DNA of 57,493 bases from Myxococcota bacterium (GTDB lineage Bacteria > Myxococcota_A > Polyangia > Polyangiales > Sandaracinaceae). The number at the start of each line of letters is the position of its first letter. Position 1 is the first letter of the stretch. This document shows positions 35,226 to 49,603 of this stretch, in pieces. A model generated the notes under the pieces. It did no database searches, had not been told where the DNA came from, and was given only the letters and a program-made list of their open reading frames with translations. The stretch lies in assembly GCA_036149055.1 (NCBI GenBank), contig JAYZQJ010000076.1, forward strand, positions 1 to 57,493, written 5' to 3'. The position numbers and the translations under genes are program-made.

Positions 35226-37097
35226 ATGCGCAGGCTCCGTTCGCGGAACGGCCTCGTCGCGCTCGCGTTCGGGGCCCTGCTCGTCGCCTCGGTCGCCGGC
35301 GGACAGGTCCGCACCGCCTCCACGCGCACCATCTCCGTCGAGGAGGTCACGCCCGGGATGCGCGGCTACGGGCTGACCGTCTTCCGCGGCACCACCCCCG
35401 AGCGCTTCGACGTCGAGGTCATCGACGTCCTCCACAACTTCCGGCCGGACCAGGACCTGATCCTCATCCGGACCGACCACCCCATCCTCGACTCCGCGCA
35501 CGTCGTCGCCGGGATGAGCGGGAGCCCGATCTATCTCGACGGCCGGCTCGCCGGCGCCTACGCGTACGGCTGGCCCTTCAGCCAGGATCCGGTGGCCGGC
35601 GTCACGCCGATCCGCAACATGATCACCGAGATGCACCGGCCGATCGTGCCGGAGCTCTTCCCCGGGGCCGAGCCCCTCGCCCGCCGCCCGCGGGCCCGAC
35701 AGCGCGCGTCGCTCGGGGGCGCGCCCGCCTACCGCGGCGGCGACGTCGACGCGACCACCGCCGTGCTCGCCCACGCCCGGGCGATGGGGGTCGACGGCGG
35801 CCCCCGCTCGAGCGCGACGCTGCAGCCCGCGGCCACCCCGCTGCTCATCGGCGGCTTCGAGGGCTCGGTGGTCGAGATGCTCGAGGGGCAGCTCGGTCAG
35901 TTCGGGCTGATGGTGCTGCAGGCCGGCGGCGCGGGGAACGCGGAGCCCCCGCCCGGGACCCCCACCGCCTACACCCACGGGAGCGCGGTCGGCGTGCAGC
36001 TCGTGCGGGGCGACGTGGCCGCGACCGCGGTGGGCACCGTCACCCACGTGGACGGCCAGCGGGTCAGCGCCTTCGGTCACCCCATGCTCAACGCGGGCCA
36101 GACCGGCCTGCCGACGGCGATCGCGCGGGTGCTGCACATCCTCTCGAGCCAGGCCCGCAGCTTCAAGATCAGCGAGCCGGTCCGCCCCCTCGGGACGCTC
36201 GTGCACGACCGGCAGTCGTCGATCGTCGTGGACACCGGCCTGCGCGCCGCCACGGTCGAGGCGACCATCCGGATCCGCGGCGCCGAGGGCGCCCCGCGGG
36301 ACACCTGGTCCTTCGAGGTCGCGAGCCACCGCGTGCTCACCCCCGTGCTGCTCAACGCCGCGCTCCTCAACGCCCTCAACGCCACCGCCGCCGACAACGC
36401 CGACGTCATGTTCGAGGCGCGCAGCCGGGTGACGGTCGCGGGCCGCGCCGAGGTCGAGGAGGTCGTGGACCGCGGCTACAGCCGGATGGGCGCCGCCAAC
36501 CCGGCCGCGCTCGGGCAGCTGCGCCTCTTCGGGCTGCTCGAGGCGATCTACGGCAACCCGTTCCAGGAGGCGCGGGCCGCGCGGGTGGAGATCGACCTCG
36601 ACGTGCGCTTCGGCCGCGAGACCACCCGCATCCTCGACGCCTCGGTCGCCGCGTCGGAGGTCGACCCCGGCAGCACCGTCCCGGTGCGCGTCACCTTGCG
36701 CCGCTTCGGCCAGCCCGAGGAGATCCGCGTGGTGCCGGTGCGCATCCCCCAGCGGCTCGCCGGGGAAGAGGTCGAGGTCTACGTCCAGGCCGGCAGCGCG
36801 GTCCGGGTGCAGCACGCGCAGCCCCGCGATCTCGACGAGCTGCTCGAGGTCGTGCACGAGCGCTACGGCCGCACCGACCTCGTCGTCTCCCTCGAGACCC
36901 CCTCGCGCGGGCTCCGCTTCTCCGGGCACATCGCCCGTCACCTGCCTCCGTCGGCGCTCGACGCGCTCCAGCTCGAGAACGACGCCGACCGCAACCGCCC
37001 CTTCGTCACGTACGATCGTCACGCGATCGAGCTCGGCGAGGTCGTCTCCGGCACGGCCCGCGTCCAGCTCCGCGTCAGGGAGACCCCCAGGCCGTGA
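35226..37097 (+). CDS. Secreted SpoIVB-like peptidase S55 domain protein
   Basis: GMRGYGLTVFRG, catalytic-type AGMSGSPIY, AFGHPM; signal peptide. Confidence 0.85.
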   Translation: MRRLRSRNGLVALAFGALLVASVAGGQVRTASTRTISVEEVTPGMRGYGLTVFRGTTPERFDVEVIDVLHNFRPDQDLILIRTDHPILDSAHVVAGMSGSPIYLDGRLAGAYAYGWPFSQDPVAGVTPIRNMITEMHRPIVPELFPGAEPLARRPRARQRASLGGAPAYRGGDVDATTAVLAHARAMGVDGGPRSSATLQPAATPLLIGGFEGSVVEMLEGQLGQFGLMVLQAGGAGNAEPPPGTPTAYTHGSAVGVQLVRGDVAATAVGTVTHVDGQRVSAFGHPMLNAGQTGLPTAIARVLHILSSQARSFKISEPVRPLGTLVHDRQSSIVVDTGLRAATVEATIRIRGAEGAPRDTWSFEVASHRVLTPVLLNAALLNALNATAADNADVMFEARSRVTVAGRAEVEEVVDRGYSRMGAANPAALGQLRLFGLLEAIYGNPFQEARAARVEIDLDVRFGRETTRILDASVAASEVDPGSTVPVRVTLRRFGQPEEIRVVPVRIPQRLAGEEVEVYVQAGSAVRVQHAQPRDLDELLEVVHERYGRTDLVVSLETPSRGLRFSGHIARHLPPSALDALQLENDADRNRPFVTYDRHAIELGEVVSGTARVQLRVRETPRP

Positions 37098-39136
37098 ACC
37101 GCGCCCGCCTCGCCCTCGCCCTCAGCAGCGCCAGCGTGCTGGCGGCCTTCGCCGTGATCGCGACCGACGCCTTCGCCGTGTCGACCGAGCGCTTCGTGCT
37201 CGACGACGCCGAGGCGCTCGCCGCCGGAGAGCTGATCCGCGCCGCCGTGCACTCGGACGGGCGCGTGACCTCCGGCGTGGACCTCCAGCGAATCGCGCTC
37301 CCCGAGGACACCCCGCTCGTCTACGCGAGCGCGCGCGCGCCGGACGGCGCCATCTACCTGGGCACCGGCAACGAGGGGAAGATCTACCGGGTCCGCGGCG
37401 AGACCGTGGAGGTCTTCGCCGAGACCGGGCAGCTCCTCGTCTCGTCCCTGGTGCTCGGCGACGGCGGCGCCCTCTACGCCGGCACCCTGCCCGAGGGCCG
37501 CATCTTCCGCGTCGGCGCCGACGGACAGCCGAGCGAGATCGCGCGGCCGGATGGCGTGGAGCACGTCTGGGATCTGGCGTGGGACGGCTCGCGCGGGCTG
37601 CTCTTCGCGGCCACCGGGCCGGAGGGCCAGGTGTTCGCCATCGACCGCCAGGGGAGCGCCACCCTCTGGTGGGACTCGCCGGCCAGCCACGTGATGAGCC
37701 TCGCGCTCGACGGCGACGGCACCCTCTACGCGGGCACCAGCGATCAGGCGGTGGTCGCGCGGCTCACCGGGCCCGGGCGCGCCGAGATCGTGCACGACTT
37801 CCCGGGCAACGAGATCACCGCGCTCGCGGTTCGGGACGGCGTGCTCGCGGTGGGGGCCAACGAGTTCCCCGACCCGCCGCGCCTGTCGAGCGCGCACGCC
37901 AAGACGCGCAGCGCGAGCGCCGGCCGCGCCCCGAGGCCTCAGCCGGGCAAGGGGCGCGTGTGGCGGGTCAGCCGCGACGGCCGCGCCGAGCGCCTCTTCG
38001 CGCAGGACGAGGGGCACATCACCGCCGTGAACGTGCTCGCCGACGGCACCATCTACGCGGGCACCGGCAAGGACGGCCAGGTGATCCGCGTGAACCCCGA
38101 CCGCACCTGGGCCCGCTGGATCGACGTGGACGAGCGGCAGGTGCTCGACCTCGAGATGGAGGGCGACGCCCCCTACTTCGTCACCGGGGACGGCGCCGCC
38201 GTCTACCGCGTGACCGACGCGCGGCCGGCCAACGCGATCTGGGAGAGCAAGGTGCTCGACGCCCGCTTCCCGGCGCGGTGGGGGCAGCTCGTCTGGCGCG
38301 CGCAAGGGACGCTGCTCCTCGAGACGCGCTCCGGCAACAGCGAGACCCCCGACGAGACCTGGAGCGAGTGGTCGAGCGCGATCACCTCGCCCGGCCCGGT
38401 GCGCTCCCCGCAGGCGCGCTTCCTCCAGGTGCGCGCGCGCTTCGACCGCGCCCCCGACGCGACCCTGCGCGCGGTCACCGTCTACTTCCTCCCGCAGAAC
38501 CAGCGCCCGTTGGTCACCGACGTCCGGCTCGAGGGCCGCAACAAGGCGGCGACCAAGCGCATGCGCGAGGAGCGGCAAGCGCACGTCCCGGACGCGTCGC
38601 ATCAGTACAAGCTCGCGTGGAGCGTCGAGAACCCCGACGACGACCGGCTCCGCTACCGGCTCTCCTATCGCCGCGAGGACCAGACGGTGTGGCGCGACAT
38701 GCTGCGCCCGGGGCAGGAGCTGACCGACGACGAGTACGCCTGGGACACCGAGTCCATCCCGGACGGCTGGTACGTGGTGCGGGTCGAGGCGAGCGACGAG
38801 CGCGACAACCCGGAGGCGCTGACGCTGCGGGACGCGCGCGAGAGCGAGCCGATCCGGATCGACAACCACGCGCCCGCGGTCGAGGCGCTCCGCTTCGCGC
38901 AGGGCCGGCTCACCGGTCGGGCCGTCGACGCGCTCGGGCCGATCACCCGCCTCGAGCTCGCGGTGGACGGCGGAGACTGGACGCCGATCTTCCCCGACGA
39001 CGATCTCTTCGACACGCGCCGCGAGGCGTTCACCGTCGATCTGTCGTCGCTCGACCCCGGCCTGCACATCGTCGCCGTCCGCGCGACCGACGCCGGCGGC
39101 AACGTCGGCTCCGCCGAAGCCCAGATCCAGCGCTGA
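37094..39136 (+). CDS. Secreted beta-propeller protein with C-terminal Ig/FN3-like domains
   Basis: Repeated DGxLYAGT blades; TRSGNSETPDETWSEWS; WDTESIPDGWYVVRVEASD; GLHIVAVRATDAGGN; GTGA overlap with the S55 gene. Confidence 0.82.
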   Translation: MNRARLALALSSASVLAAFAVIATDAFAVSTERFVLDDAEALAAGELIRAAVHSDGRVTSGVDLQRIALPEDTPLVYASARAPDGAIYLGTGNEGKIYRVRGETVEVFAETGQLLVSSLVLGDGGALYAGTLPEGRIFRVGADGQPSEIARPDGVEHVWDLAWDGSRGLLFAATGPEGQVFAIDRQGSATLWWDSPASHVMSLALDGDGTLYAGTSDQAVVARLTGPGRAEIVHDFPGNEITALAVRDGVLAVGANEFPDPPRLSSAHAKTRSASAGRAPRPQPGKGRVWRVSRDGRAERLFAQDEGHITAVNVLADGTIYAGTGKDGQVIRVNPDRTWARWIDVDERQVLDLEMEGDAPYFVTGDGAAVYRVTDARPANAIWESKVLDARFPARWGQLVWRAQGTLLLETRSGNSETPDETWSEWSSAITSPGPVRSPQARFLQVRARFDRAPDATLRAVTVYFLPQNQRPLVTDVRLEGRNKAATKRMREERQAHVPDASHQYKLAWSVENPDDDRLRYRLSYRREDQTVWRDMLRPGQELTDDEYAWDTESIPDGWYVVRVEASDERDNPEALTLRDARESEPIRIDNHAPAVEALRFAQGRLTGRAVDALGPITRLELAVDGGDWTPIFPDDDLFDTRREAFTVDLSSLDPGLHIVAVRATDAGGNVGSAEAQIQR

Positions 39137-39261
39137 CGCCGCAGGATTCGCGCGGCCACGCAAGGAACGCGAGGAATCCGGGGCAGCCGATCACGGTCGG
39201 GCAAAGCCCCCACACCCCGCATCGCGGCGCGCGCGCCCCCTCCGAGCGACCTCGCCCGCGC

Positions 39262-39276
39262 TGGCATCCCCCGTGC
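39262..39276 (+). promoter_or_regulatory. Putative sigma54 promoter
   Basis: TGGCATCCCCCGTGC gives GG-N10-GC, ~28 nt upstream of ATG 39305. Confidence 0.5.
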
Positions 39277-39304
39277 GTGGTCCGGCCGGCGAGGAGGGAC
39301 GAAC

Positions 39305-40267
39305 ATGAGACGAACCACCTGGATGATGGCGGCCCTGGCCATCGGGCTGGCTGGATGCATGGACACCGGCCGCTCCGCGGACGGGCTCACCGGGATCAGC
39401 GACGGCGGCCGGTGCGAGGCGGAGTGGACCACGACCCTGAACCTCGCCACCGGCGGGCGCGAGGCGGTCGGTGAGGTCGCGTTCGCGATGACCGACGGCG
39501 GCGTGCTGGCGACGATCACGACCGACCCGGGCTGGGAGATCGGCGACGCCTACCTCGGGGTGGGGGTCGACGGCGCCCCGCCCACGTGGGTGGTGATGAA
39601 CCCGGAGCCCTGGGTCACGGGGTGGATGACCCGGATCGTGCTGCGCCACTCGCTCGACGGGCTGGCCCGCTGCGGCGCCGCGCTGAAGATCCAGGTGCAG
39701 GCCAACGCGCGCGCCGTCGGCGCGCCGGGGCACGAGCTCGCCTCCGCGTTCGGCCCGCAGGACCGCGGCCAGTGGGGCTGGGCCGACTTCCGCCCGTTCT
39801 GCTGCCCGCCGCCCGAGGAGCCGGGCTGCACGCTCACCCAGGGCTTCTGGAAGAACCACCCGGAGGCGTGGCCGGTCACCTCGCTGACGATCGGGCCGCA
39901 CACCTACGACCAGGCGCAGCTCCTCGCCCTGCTCCGCACGCCGGTGCGCGGGGACGCCAGCGTCGCGCTCGCGCATCAGCTGATCGCGGCCGAGCTGAAC
40001 GTGGCCGCCGGCGCCGCGCCCGTGCCGGCGATCGCGGACGCGCAGACCTGGATGAGCGCCCACGGCGGCGGCGCGATGCTGCCGTACGGGGTGCGCGCCA
40101 GCAGCCCCGCGGGCCGCATGGCCGTCCGGCTGAACGAGGCGCTCACCGCCTACAACGAGGGCCGGACCGGTCCGGGGCACTGCGACGACCGAGGGTGCGC
40201 CGATCGGGACGTCGACATCGACGAGGACATCGACGAGGACTGCGACGAAGACGTCGACGAGGACTGA
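39305..40267 (+). CDS. Hypothetical lipoprotein with a GCTLTQGFWKNH domain and acidic tail
   Basis: Lipobox LAGC; LAHQLIAAELN; tail DIDEDIDEDCDEDVDED. Confidence 0.8.
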   Translation: MRRTTWMMAALAIGLAGCMDTGRSADGLTGISDGGRCEAEWTTTLNLATGGREAVGEVAFAMTDGGVLATITTDPGWEIGDAYLGVGVDGAPPTWVVMNPEPWVTGWMTRIVLRHSLDGLARCGAALKIQVQANARAVGAPGHELASAFGPQDRGQWGWADFRPFCCPPPEEPGCTLTQGFWKNHPEAWPVTSLTIGPHTYDQAQLLALLRTPVRGDASVALAHQLIAAELNVAAGAAPVPAIADAQTWMSAHGGGAMLPYGVRASSPAGRMAVRLNEALTAYNEGRTGPGHCDDRGCADRDVDIDEDIDEDCDEDVDED

Positions 40268-40338
40268 CCTCGACGCCCGGCGGGGACGCGCGACGAGAGA
40301 GGCGCGCGCCCCCGCCGGGCTGCTATCCTGACCCGCTG

Positions 40339-44972
<4,634 letters not shown>

Positions 44973-46253
44973 TCAGGGCGAGAGCCAGACGTGTCCCTCG
45001 GTGCCCTCGAGGCGGTACCCGCTCGCGATCGCGCTGTCTCGCTCGGCGGCGCTGACCGTGTAGAAGTGATCGGGGCCGCGCACGAGGCGGTAGAGCGGGA
45101 CGCTGCCGCAGCCGGGCGAGCGCCCGACGTAGCCCATCACGCCCTCGACGGTGGAGCCGGGCGCGCCCTCGCAGGTGCTGCTGCGGGTGTAGAAGTGGAA
45201 GCCGTTCGAGAGGAGGCAGCGGTAGAGCGGCTGCACCCCCGGGTTGCTGGCCGCGTAGAGGTAGAAGTAGTCGTAGAACTCGACCCGGAAGCCGCAGCAC
45301 GCGGCCTCCGCGCGGCTCGTCGTGTAGAAGTGCTCGCCGGTCGAGGAGGCGTAGCTCCGGTGCACCGGGCGGCGGCACCCGCCCGACACGTCGTCGCAGG
45401 TCCCGTTGCAGTCGTCGTCGACGAGGTTGCAGCTCTCGGTCACCACCGGCGGCGCGCTGCAGGTCCCCCAGACGCCGGCGCTGCAGGTCTCGCTGCCCGA
45501 GCCGCAGGCGGTGCTGCAGCTCCGGGTGAGGCCGTCGTCGATCACGCCGTCGCAGTCGTCGTCCACGCCGTTGCAGAGCTCGGCCGTCGGCGCCGGCGCG
45601 GTGCAGGTCGTCCACCCGCCGCCCACGCACATCTCGGTGCCCGAGCCGCAGGCGGTGCTGCACCCGCGGGTCAGCCCCTCGTCGATGCGCGAGTCGCAGT
45701 CCTCGTCGGTGCCGTCGCAGGTCTCGGCCGTCGGCATGACCGCGTCGCAGCCGGTCCACTCGCCGCCGACGCAGGTCTCGCTGCCGCCCCCGCAGGCGCT
45801 GGAGCACGCGCGCTCGCCGATCGCCTCGTCGACGGCCGCGTCGCAGTCGTCGTCGCGCCCGTTGCAGTCCTCGGGCGCGCCCGGGCGAACCGTCGGATCG
45901 CCCTCGTCGCAGTCGTCCGCCGCGAGGCTGCCGTCGCCGTCGAGGTCGCGATCGGCGGGCAGGCACATGCGGCGCTGGCAGACCTCGCCGTCCGGGCAGC
46001 TCCCGTCTCCGGCGCAGGGCGGATAGGGGGCGCACACGCCGTCCACGCAGCGCTGGAGCGGCCCGCATCCCTCGGCGCAGGAGCGGGGCGGGCCCGCGTC
46101 GTCCGGCCCTTCGGATCCGGCGTCGTCCGGCGCGGGCGTCACCCCCGAGTCGGGCCGGCCCGCGTCCACGCTCGCGTCGTCGTAGGACCGCGGCAGCACC
46201 GAGGTCGCGCACCCGGAGAGGGAGAGCGCGAGGACCAAGATCGTCGAGCGCAT
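44973..46253 (-). CDS. Lipoprotein with four MopE-type repeats and a C-terminal DUF5648-like domain
   Basis: Lipobox LSGC; repeated HFYT motifs and PLYR...HFYTVSAAERD...GYRLEG. Confidence 0.82.
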   Translation of the reverse strand: MRSTILVLALSLSGCATSVLPRSYDDASVDAGRPDSGVTPAPDDAGSEGPDDAGPPRSCAEGCGPLQRCVDGVCAPYPPCAGDGSCPDGEVCQRRMCLPADRDLDGDGSLAADDCDEGDPTVRPGAPEDCNGRDDDCDAAVDEAIGERACSSACGGGSETCVGGEWTGCDAVMPTAETCDGTDEDCDSRIDEGLTRGCSTACGSGTEMCVGGGWTTCTAPAPTAELCNGVDDDCDGVIDDGLTRSCSTACGSGSETCSAGVWGTCSAPPVVTESCNLVDDDCNGTCDDVSGGCRRPVHRSYASSTGEHFYTTSRAEAACCGFRVEFYDYFYLYAASNPGVQPLYRCLLSNGFHFYTRSSTCEGAPGSTVEGVMGYVGRSPGCGSVPLYRLVRGPDHFYTVSAAERDSAIASGYRLEGTEGHVWLSP

Positions 46254-46275
46254 CCCCTCCAGAGTAGCAGCCAGG

Positions 46276-47232
46276 TCAACCGCGCCCGGCGTGCACGTCG
46301 AGGGCGACGCCGAGGACCGACGCGAGCCCGAGCGCGGCCCTGGCGCGGCGCGTCGACGGCGCGGCGGCCGCGGGCCCCGGGTCCAGGAAGGCGTCGAGCC
46401 AGCGCTCGAGCGGCGGGCGGGTGAGCGCGCCGCTCAGGTCGAAGAGCGCCAGGTCGCGCAGCCCGGCCGCGCGCGCGATCCGCACGTCGTCGGCCAGCTC
46501 GGCGGGATCCCGATAGGTCCGCTCGTCGCCGAGCGCGCCGGTGCCGATCGCGCCGAGCGAGACGCTGGCCCGGTCCCCGAGGCGCGCCGCGTCCCGCGCG
46601 AACCGATCGAGCAGGGCGCGCGCGTCCGGCCGGTGAACGACGCCGAAGCCGTAGCCCTCGAAGAGCGTGGTGTAGAGCATCGCGCTCACCGCGTCGTAGC
46701 CGGCGTCGAGCGGGCTGCCGAGCGCGCGCTGCCAGCCGCGACCGGCGCGCCCCGGGAGCAGCACCGGGGGCACCACCGCCGCGAGCACCTCCAGCCCTCG
46801 CGCCCGGGCCGCCGCCACCAGCCGCCGGTGGGGCGCGTCGTCGAGCGGGCGCCGGAGCCACGCGCGCGCCGCGCCGAGGCGCCCCTCGGTGAGCCGGCGG
46901 AGCTCCGCGATCGGCGGCTCGAGATCCAGCGCGAGCGTGTCGATGGGCTCGGGGATCGCGTCGAGCAGCCGCCGCGTCCAGGCCTCGAACGGAGCGGCGT
47001 TGCCCGGGTTCAGCCAGCGCCCCTCCTCGTCGGGGAGCTGGGGCCAGAGCCCCACCGAGAGCTCGAGCTCCGCGGCGCGGGCCACCACCCGGCGCGCGTC
47101 GCCCTCCTGCCCCGGCCAGACCGCCACCAGGAGCTGCACGCCGCGCGCGGCCAGCGCCTCGAGCGCCGACGACCTCGCCAGCGCGGGCAGCGGGACCAGC
47201 TCGCTCCAGATCCGTCGGCGCGCGTCGCTCAC
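46276..47232 (-). CDS. Hypothetical protein (possible TIM-barrel fold)
   Basis: 318-aa ORF with plausible composition; ALDLEPP motif; divergent from the glycosyltransferase. Confidence 0.65.
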   Translation of the reverse strand: MSDARRRIWSELVPLPALARSSALEALAARGVQLLVAVWPGQEGDARRVVARAAELELSVGLWPQLPDEEGRWLNPGNAAPFEAWTRRLLDAIPEPIDTLALDLEPPIAELRRLTEGRLGAARAWLRRPLDDAPHRRLVAAARARGLEVLAAVVPPVLLPGRAGRGWQRALGSPLDAGYDAVSAMLYTTLFEGYGFGVVHRPDARALLDRFARDAARLGDRASVSLGAIGTGALGDERTYRDPAELADDVRIARAAGLRDLALFDLSGALTRPPLERWLDAFLDPGPAAAAPSTRRARAALGLASVLGVALDVHAGRG

Positions 47233-47291
47233 CCGCCGCGGCTTACCACGAGGGACGCGCCCGGCGCGCTCCCCGCTGATACTCTCCGCCC

Positions 47292-48371
47292 ATGCGGATC
47301 CTCTACGGCGTCGTCGGTGAAGGCATGGGGCACGCGATGCGCTCGCGCGTCGTGCTGGAGCACCTCGTCGCCCAGGGCCACGAGGTGGAGATCGTCGCCT
47401 CGGGTCGGGCGGTCGAGTTCCTGAAGAAGCGCGGCTTCGCCGAGGTGAACGCCATCCACGGGCTGCACATCGTCTACGAGGACAACCGGGTCCACCGGAA
47501 CAAGACCTTCTGGTCCAACGTGCTCAGCGGGACCACCGGGCTGCCCAAGAACGTGGCCGCCTACTTCGAGCTGCTCGAGGACTTCGCGCCCGAGGCGGTG
47601 ATCAGCGACTTCGAGTCGTGGAGCTACTTCTTCGCGAAGGCGCACCGCCTGCCGATCCTCAGCGTCGACAACATGCAGATCATCAACCGGTGCACGCACC
47701 CGCCCGAGATCCTCGACGGGTACCGCGCCGACTTCGAGATCGCCAAGGCGCTGGTCAAGAGCAAGCTGCCCTTCTGCGATCACTACCTCGTGACCACCTT
47801 CTTCCGGCCGGAGATCCGGAAGAAGCGCACCTCGCTCCACCCGCCGATCCTGCGCCCCGAGATCCTCGCCGCGCAGCCCAGCGACGGCGAGCACGTGCTC
47901 GTCTACCAGACCGCCGAGGGCTACGAGACGCTCGTGCAGGCGCTGAAGGACAGCGGCGTGGAGTGCCGGATCTACGGCATGCGCCGCGACCTGAAGGGCG
48001 AGGAGCGGGACGGGAACCTCCGCTATCGGCCGTTCAGCGAGCAGACCTTCATCGACGATCTCGCCTCGGCGCGCGCGGTCATCGCGAGCGGCGGCTTCAC
48101 GCTGATGGGGGAGGCGGTCTACCTGCGCAAGCCCATGCTCGCCGTGCCGCTCGACCGCATGTTCGAGCAGATCATGAACTCCCGCTACCTCGACCACCTC
48201 GGCTACGGGAAGTACGCGCCCGACCTCGACGACGCCGCGTCGATCCACGCGTTCCTCGAGGCGGTGCCCGACTACCGCGCCAACCTCGAGGGCTATGCCC
48301 AGGACGGCAACGTCGACCTCCTCTCGGCGGTCGACGCCCACCTCGACCGCGCCGAAGCCGGCGTTTATTGA
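47292..48371 (+). CDS. GT-B glycosyltransferase (MJ1255/VC2487-like)
   Basis: MRILYGVVGEGMGHAMRS, ISDFE, GGFTLMGEAVYLRKP, FEQIMN. Confidence 0.9.
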   Translation: MRILYGVVGEGMGHAMRSRVVLEHLVAQGHEVEIVASGRAVEFLKKRGFAEVNAIHGLHIVYEDNRVHRNKTFWSNVLSGTTGLPKNVAAYFELLEDFAPEAVISDFESWSYFFAKAHRLPILSVDNMQIINRCTHPPEILDGYRADFEIAKALVKSKLPFCDHYLVTTFFRPEIRKKRTSLHPPILRPEILAAQPSDGEHVLVYQTAEGYETLVQALKDSGVECRIYGMRRDLKGEERDGNLRYRPFSEQTFIDDLASARAVIASGGFTLMGEAVYLRKPMLAVPLDRMFEQIMNSRYLDHLGYGKYAPDLDDAASIHAFLEAVPDYRANLEGYAQDGNVDLLSAVDAHLDRAEAGVY

Positions 48372-48377
48372 CCCGCG

Positions 48378-48854
48378 CTACGCGGCGTTCGGCAGCGAGT
48401 CGCGGCGGCGGCCGAGCGCGTCGCCGAGCGCGGCGAAGAAGTCGTCCGCGTCGCGCGCGTCGAGCCGACCGCTCCGGTTGAAGACGACCGCGCCGCTCGG
48501 GTCGAGGAGCGCGACCGTGGAGCCGCCGCCGGCGAGGCCGAGCCGCGCCTCGAGCGCGCCGTCGAAGTCCATCGCGAGCGAGACGCCGTAGCCCTTCGCC
48601 ACCGCGGTGACGGCGCGCTTGACCATCGCCTTGACCGGGCCGAAGCCGAGCCCGTCGAGGTCGGCCACCCCGAGCACGTCGAAGCGTCCGTCGAGTCCGC
48701 CCCGCTCGACGAGCCTCGCGCACGCGTCCTTGAGCGCGGCGTTGTCGTCGTGGTGCCCCTTGGCCTCGTAGAAGATCGCCAGCGCCTTGCCGCGGTGGTC
48801 CGAGAGGCGGACCGGGCGACCCTGGGTGGTGTCGAGCTGAATGTCGGGCGACAT
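48378..48854 (-). CDS. Thioredoxin-fold protein without CxxC (YtfJ/redoxin-like)
   Basis: LDTTQGRPVRLSDHRGKALAIFYE...LLDPSGAVVF redoxin-like pattern. Confidence 0.7.
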   Translation of the reverse strand: MSPDIQLDTTQGRPVRLSDHRGKALAIFYEAKGHHDDNAALKDACARLVERGGLDGRFDVLGVADLDGLGFGPVKAMVKRAVTAVAKGYGVSLAMDFDGALEARLGLAGGGSTVALLDPSGAVVFNRSGRLDARDADDFFAALGDALGRRRDSLPNAA

Positions 48855-48909
48855 GGGCGTTCTCCAGTACGAGCCAGCGTCAGGCGTGGCTCACATCCGC
48901 ACGATTCGA

Positions 48910-48964
48910 CCAAAAACCGTCCATGTCAACCCAAAAACGTCCACCTTGGCGACCAAACCGACCA
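48910..48964 (-). promoter_or_regulatory. AT-richer promoter region with three direct repeats around a TTGACA
   Basis: ccaaaaaccgtcca / ccaaaaacgtcca / ccaaaccgacca at a 20-21 bp period; minus-strand TTGACA at 48924-48929. Confidence 0.5.
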
Positions 48965-48985
48965 CAACAGCCCGATACGTCCTAA

Positions 48986-49570
48986 TCAGGGGACTCTTCT
49001 CCCGCCGATCCAGCCTTCGAAGCTGAGGAGCGCGACCACCTCGAAGCCGGCCCGGTCGTCCAGGCCGCCGAGGTAGAGGAAGTTCACCTGGCCCCAGGGG
49101 CTGATGCTGAAGCTGTCGGTGACGAAGAGGTGCACCCCGCCGAAGCCGCCCCCGACGAAGTTCGCGCTCGCGTCGACGCGGTCGCCGAAGAAGGCGACCA
49201 CGCCCGCCTGCGCCCCGACGAAGGGCGCGACCTGGGGATCGGGGAACATCCACTCGAAGTAGGGGACGACGGCGACCGTCCCGTCGACGGTGAGGTCGGG
49301 CGCGCCCGCGACGTCGGACACGTTGAGCCGGAACGCGAAGCGTGAGCCGACGATGATGGACTCTCCGATCTGGTAGCCGAAGCTCGGGCCGAACGCGACG
49401 CCGTTCACGCCGAACCCGAAGAGGGTCACGCGATCGGGGAACACCTCGAGGTCGATGATCTCGAAGTCCGCGCCGATCCGCACCGCGCCGTCGCCGACCT
49501 GGGCGGACCCGGGACTCGGAGCGAGGGTGACGAGCGCGCCGAGCGCGAGAGCACGAAGCAGGGTCTTCAT
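48986..49570 (-). CDS. Small outer-membrane beta-barrel protein
   Basis: Signal peptide, alternating amphipathic strands, near-terminal aromatic strand (LLSFEGW). Confidence 0.75.
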   Translation of the reverse strand: MKTLLRALALGALVTLAPSPGSAQVGDGAVRIGADFEIIDLEVFPDRVTLFGFGVNGVAFGPSFGYQIGESIIVGSRFAFRLNVSDVAGAPDLTVDGTVAVVPYFEWMFPDPQVAPFVGAQAGVVAFFGDRVDASANFVGGGFGGVHLFVTDSFSISPWGQVNFLYLGGLDDRAGFEVVALLSFEGWIGGRRVP

Positions 49571-49603
49571 GGGCAGCCTCCTCGCCGCCCACGTAGACCC
49601 CGA

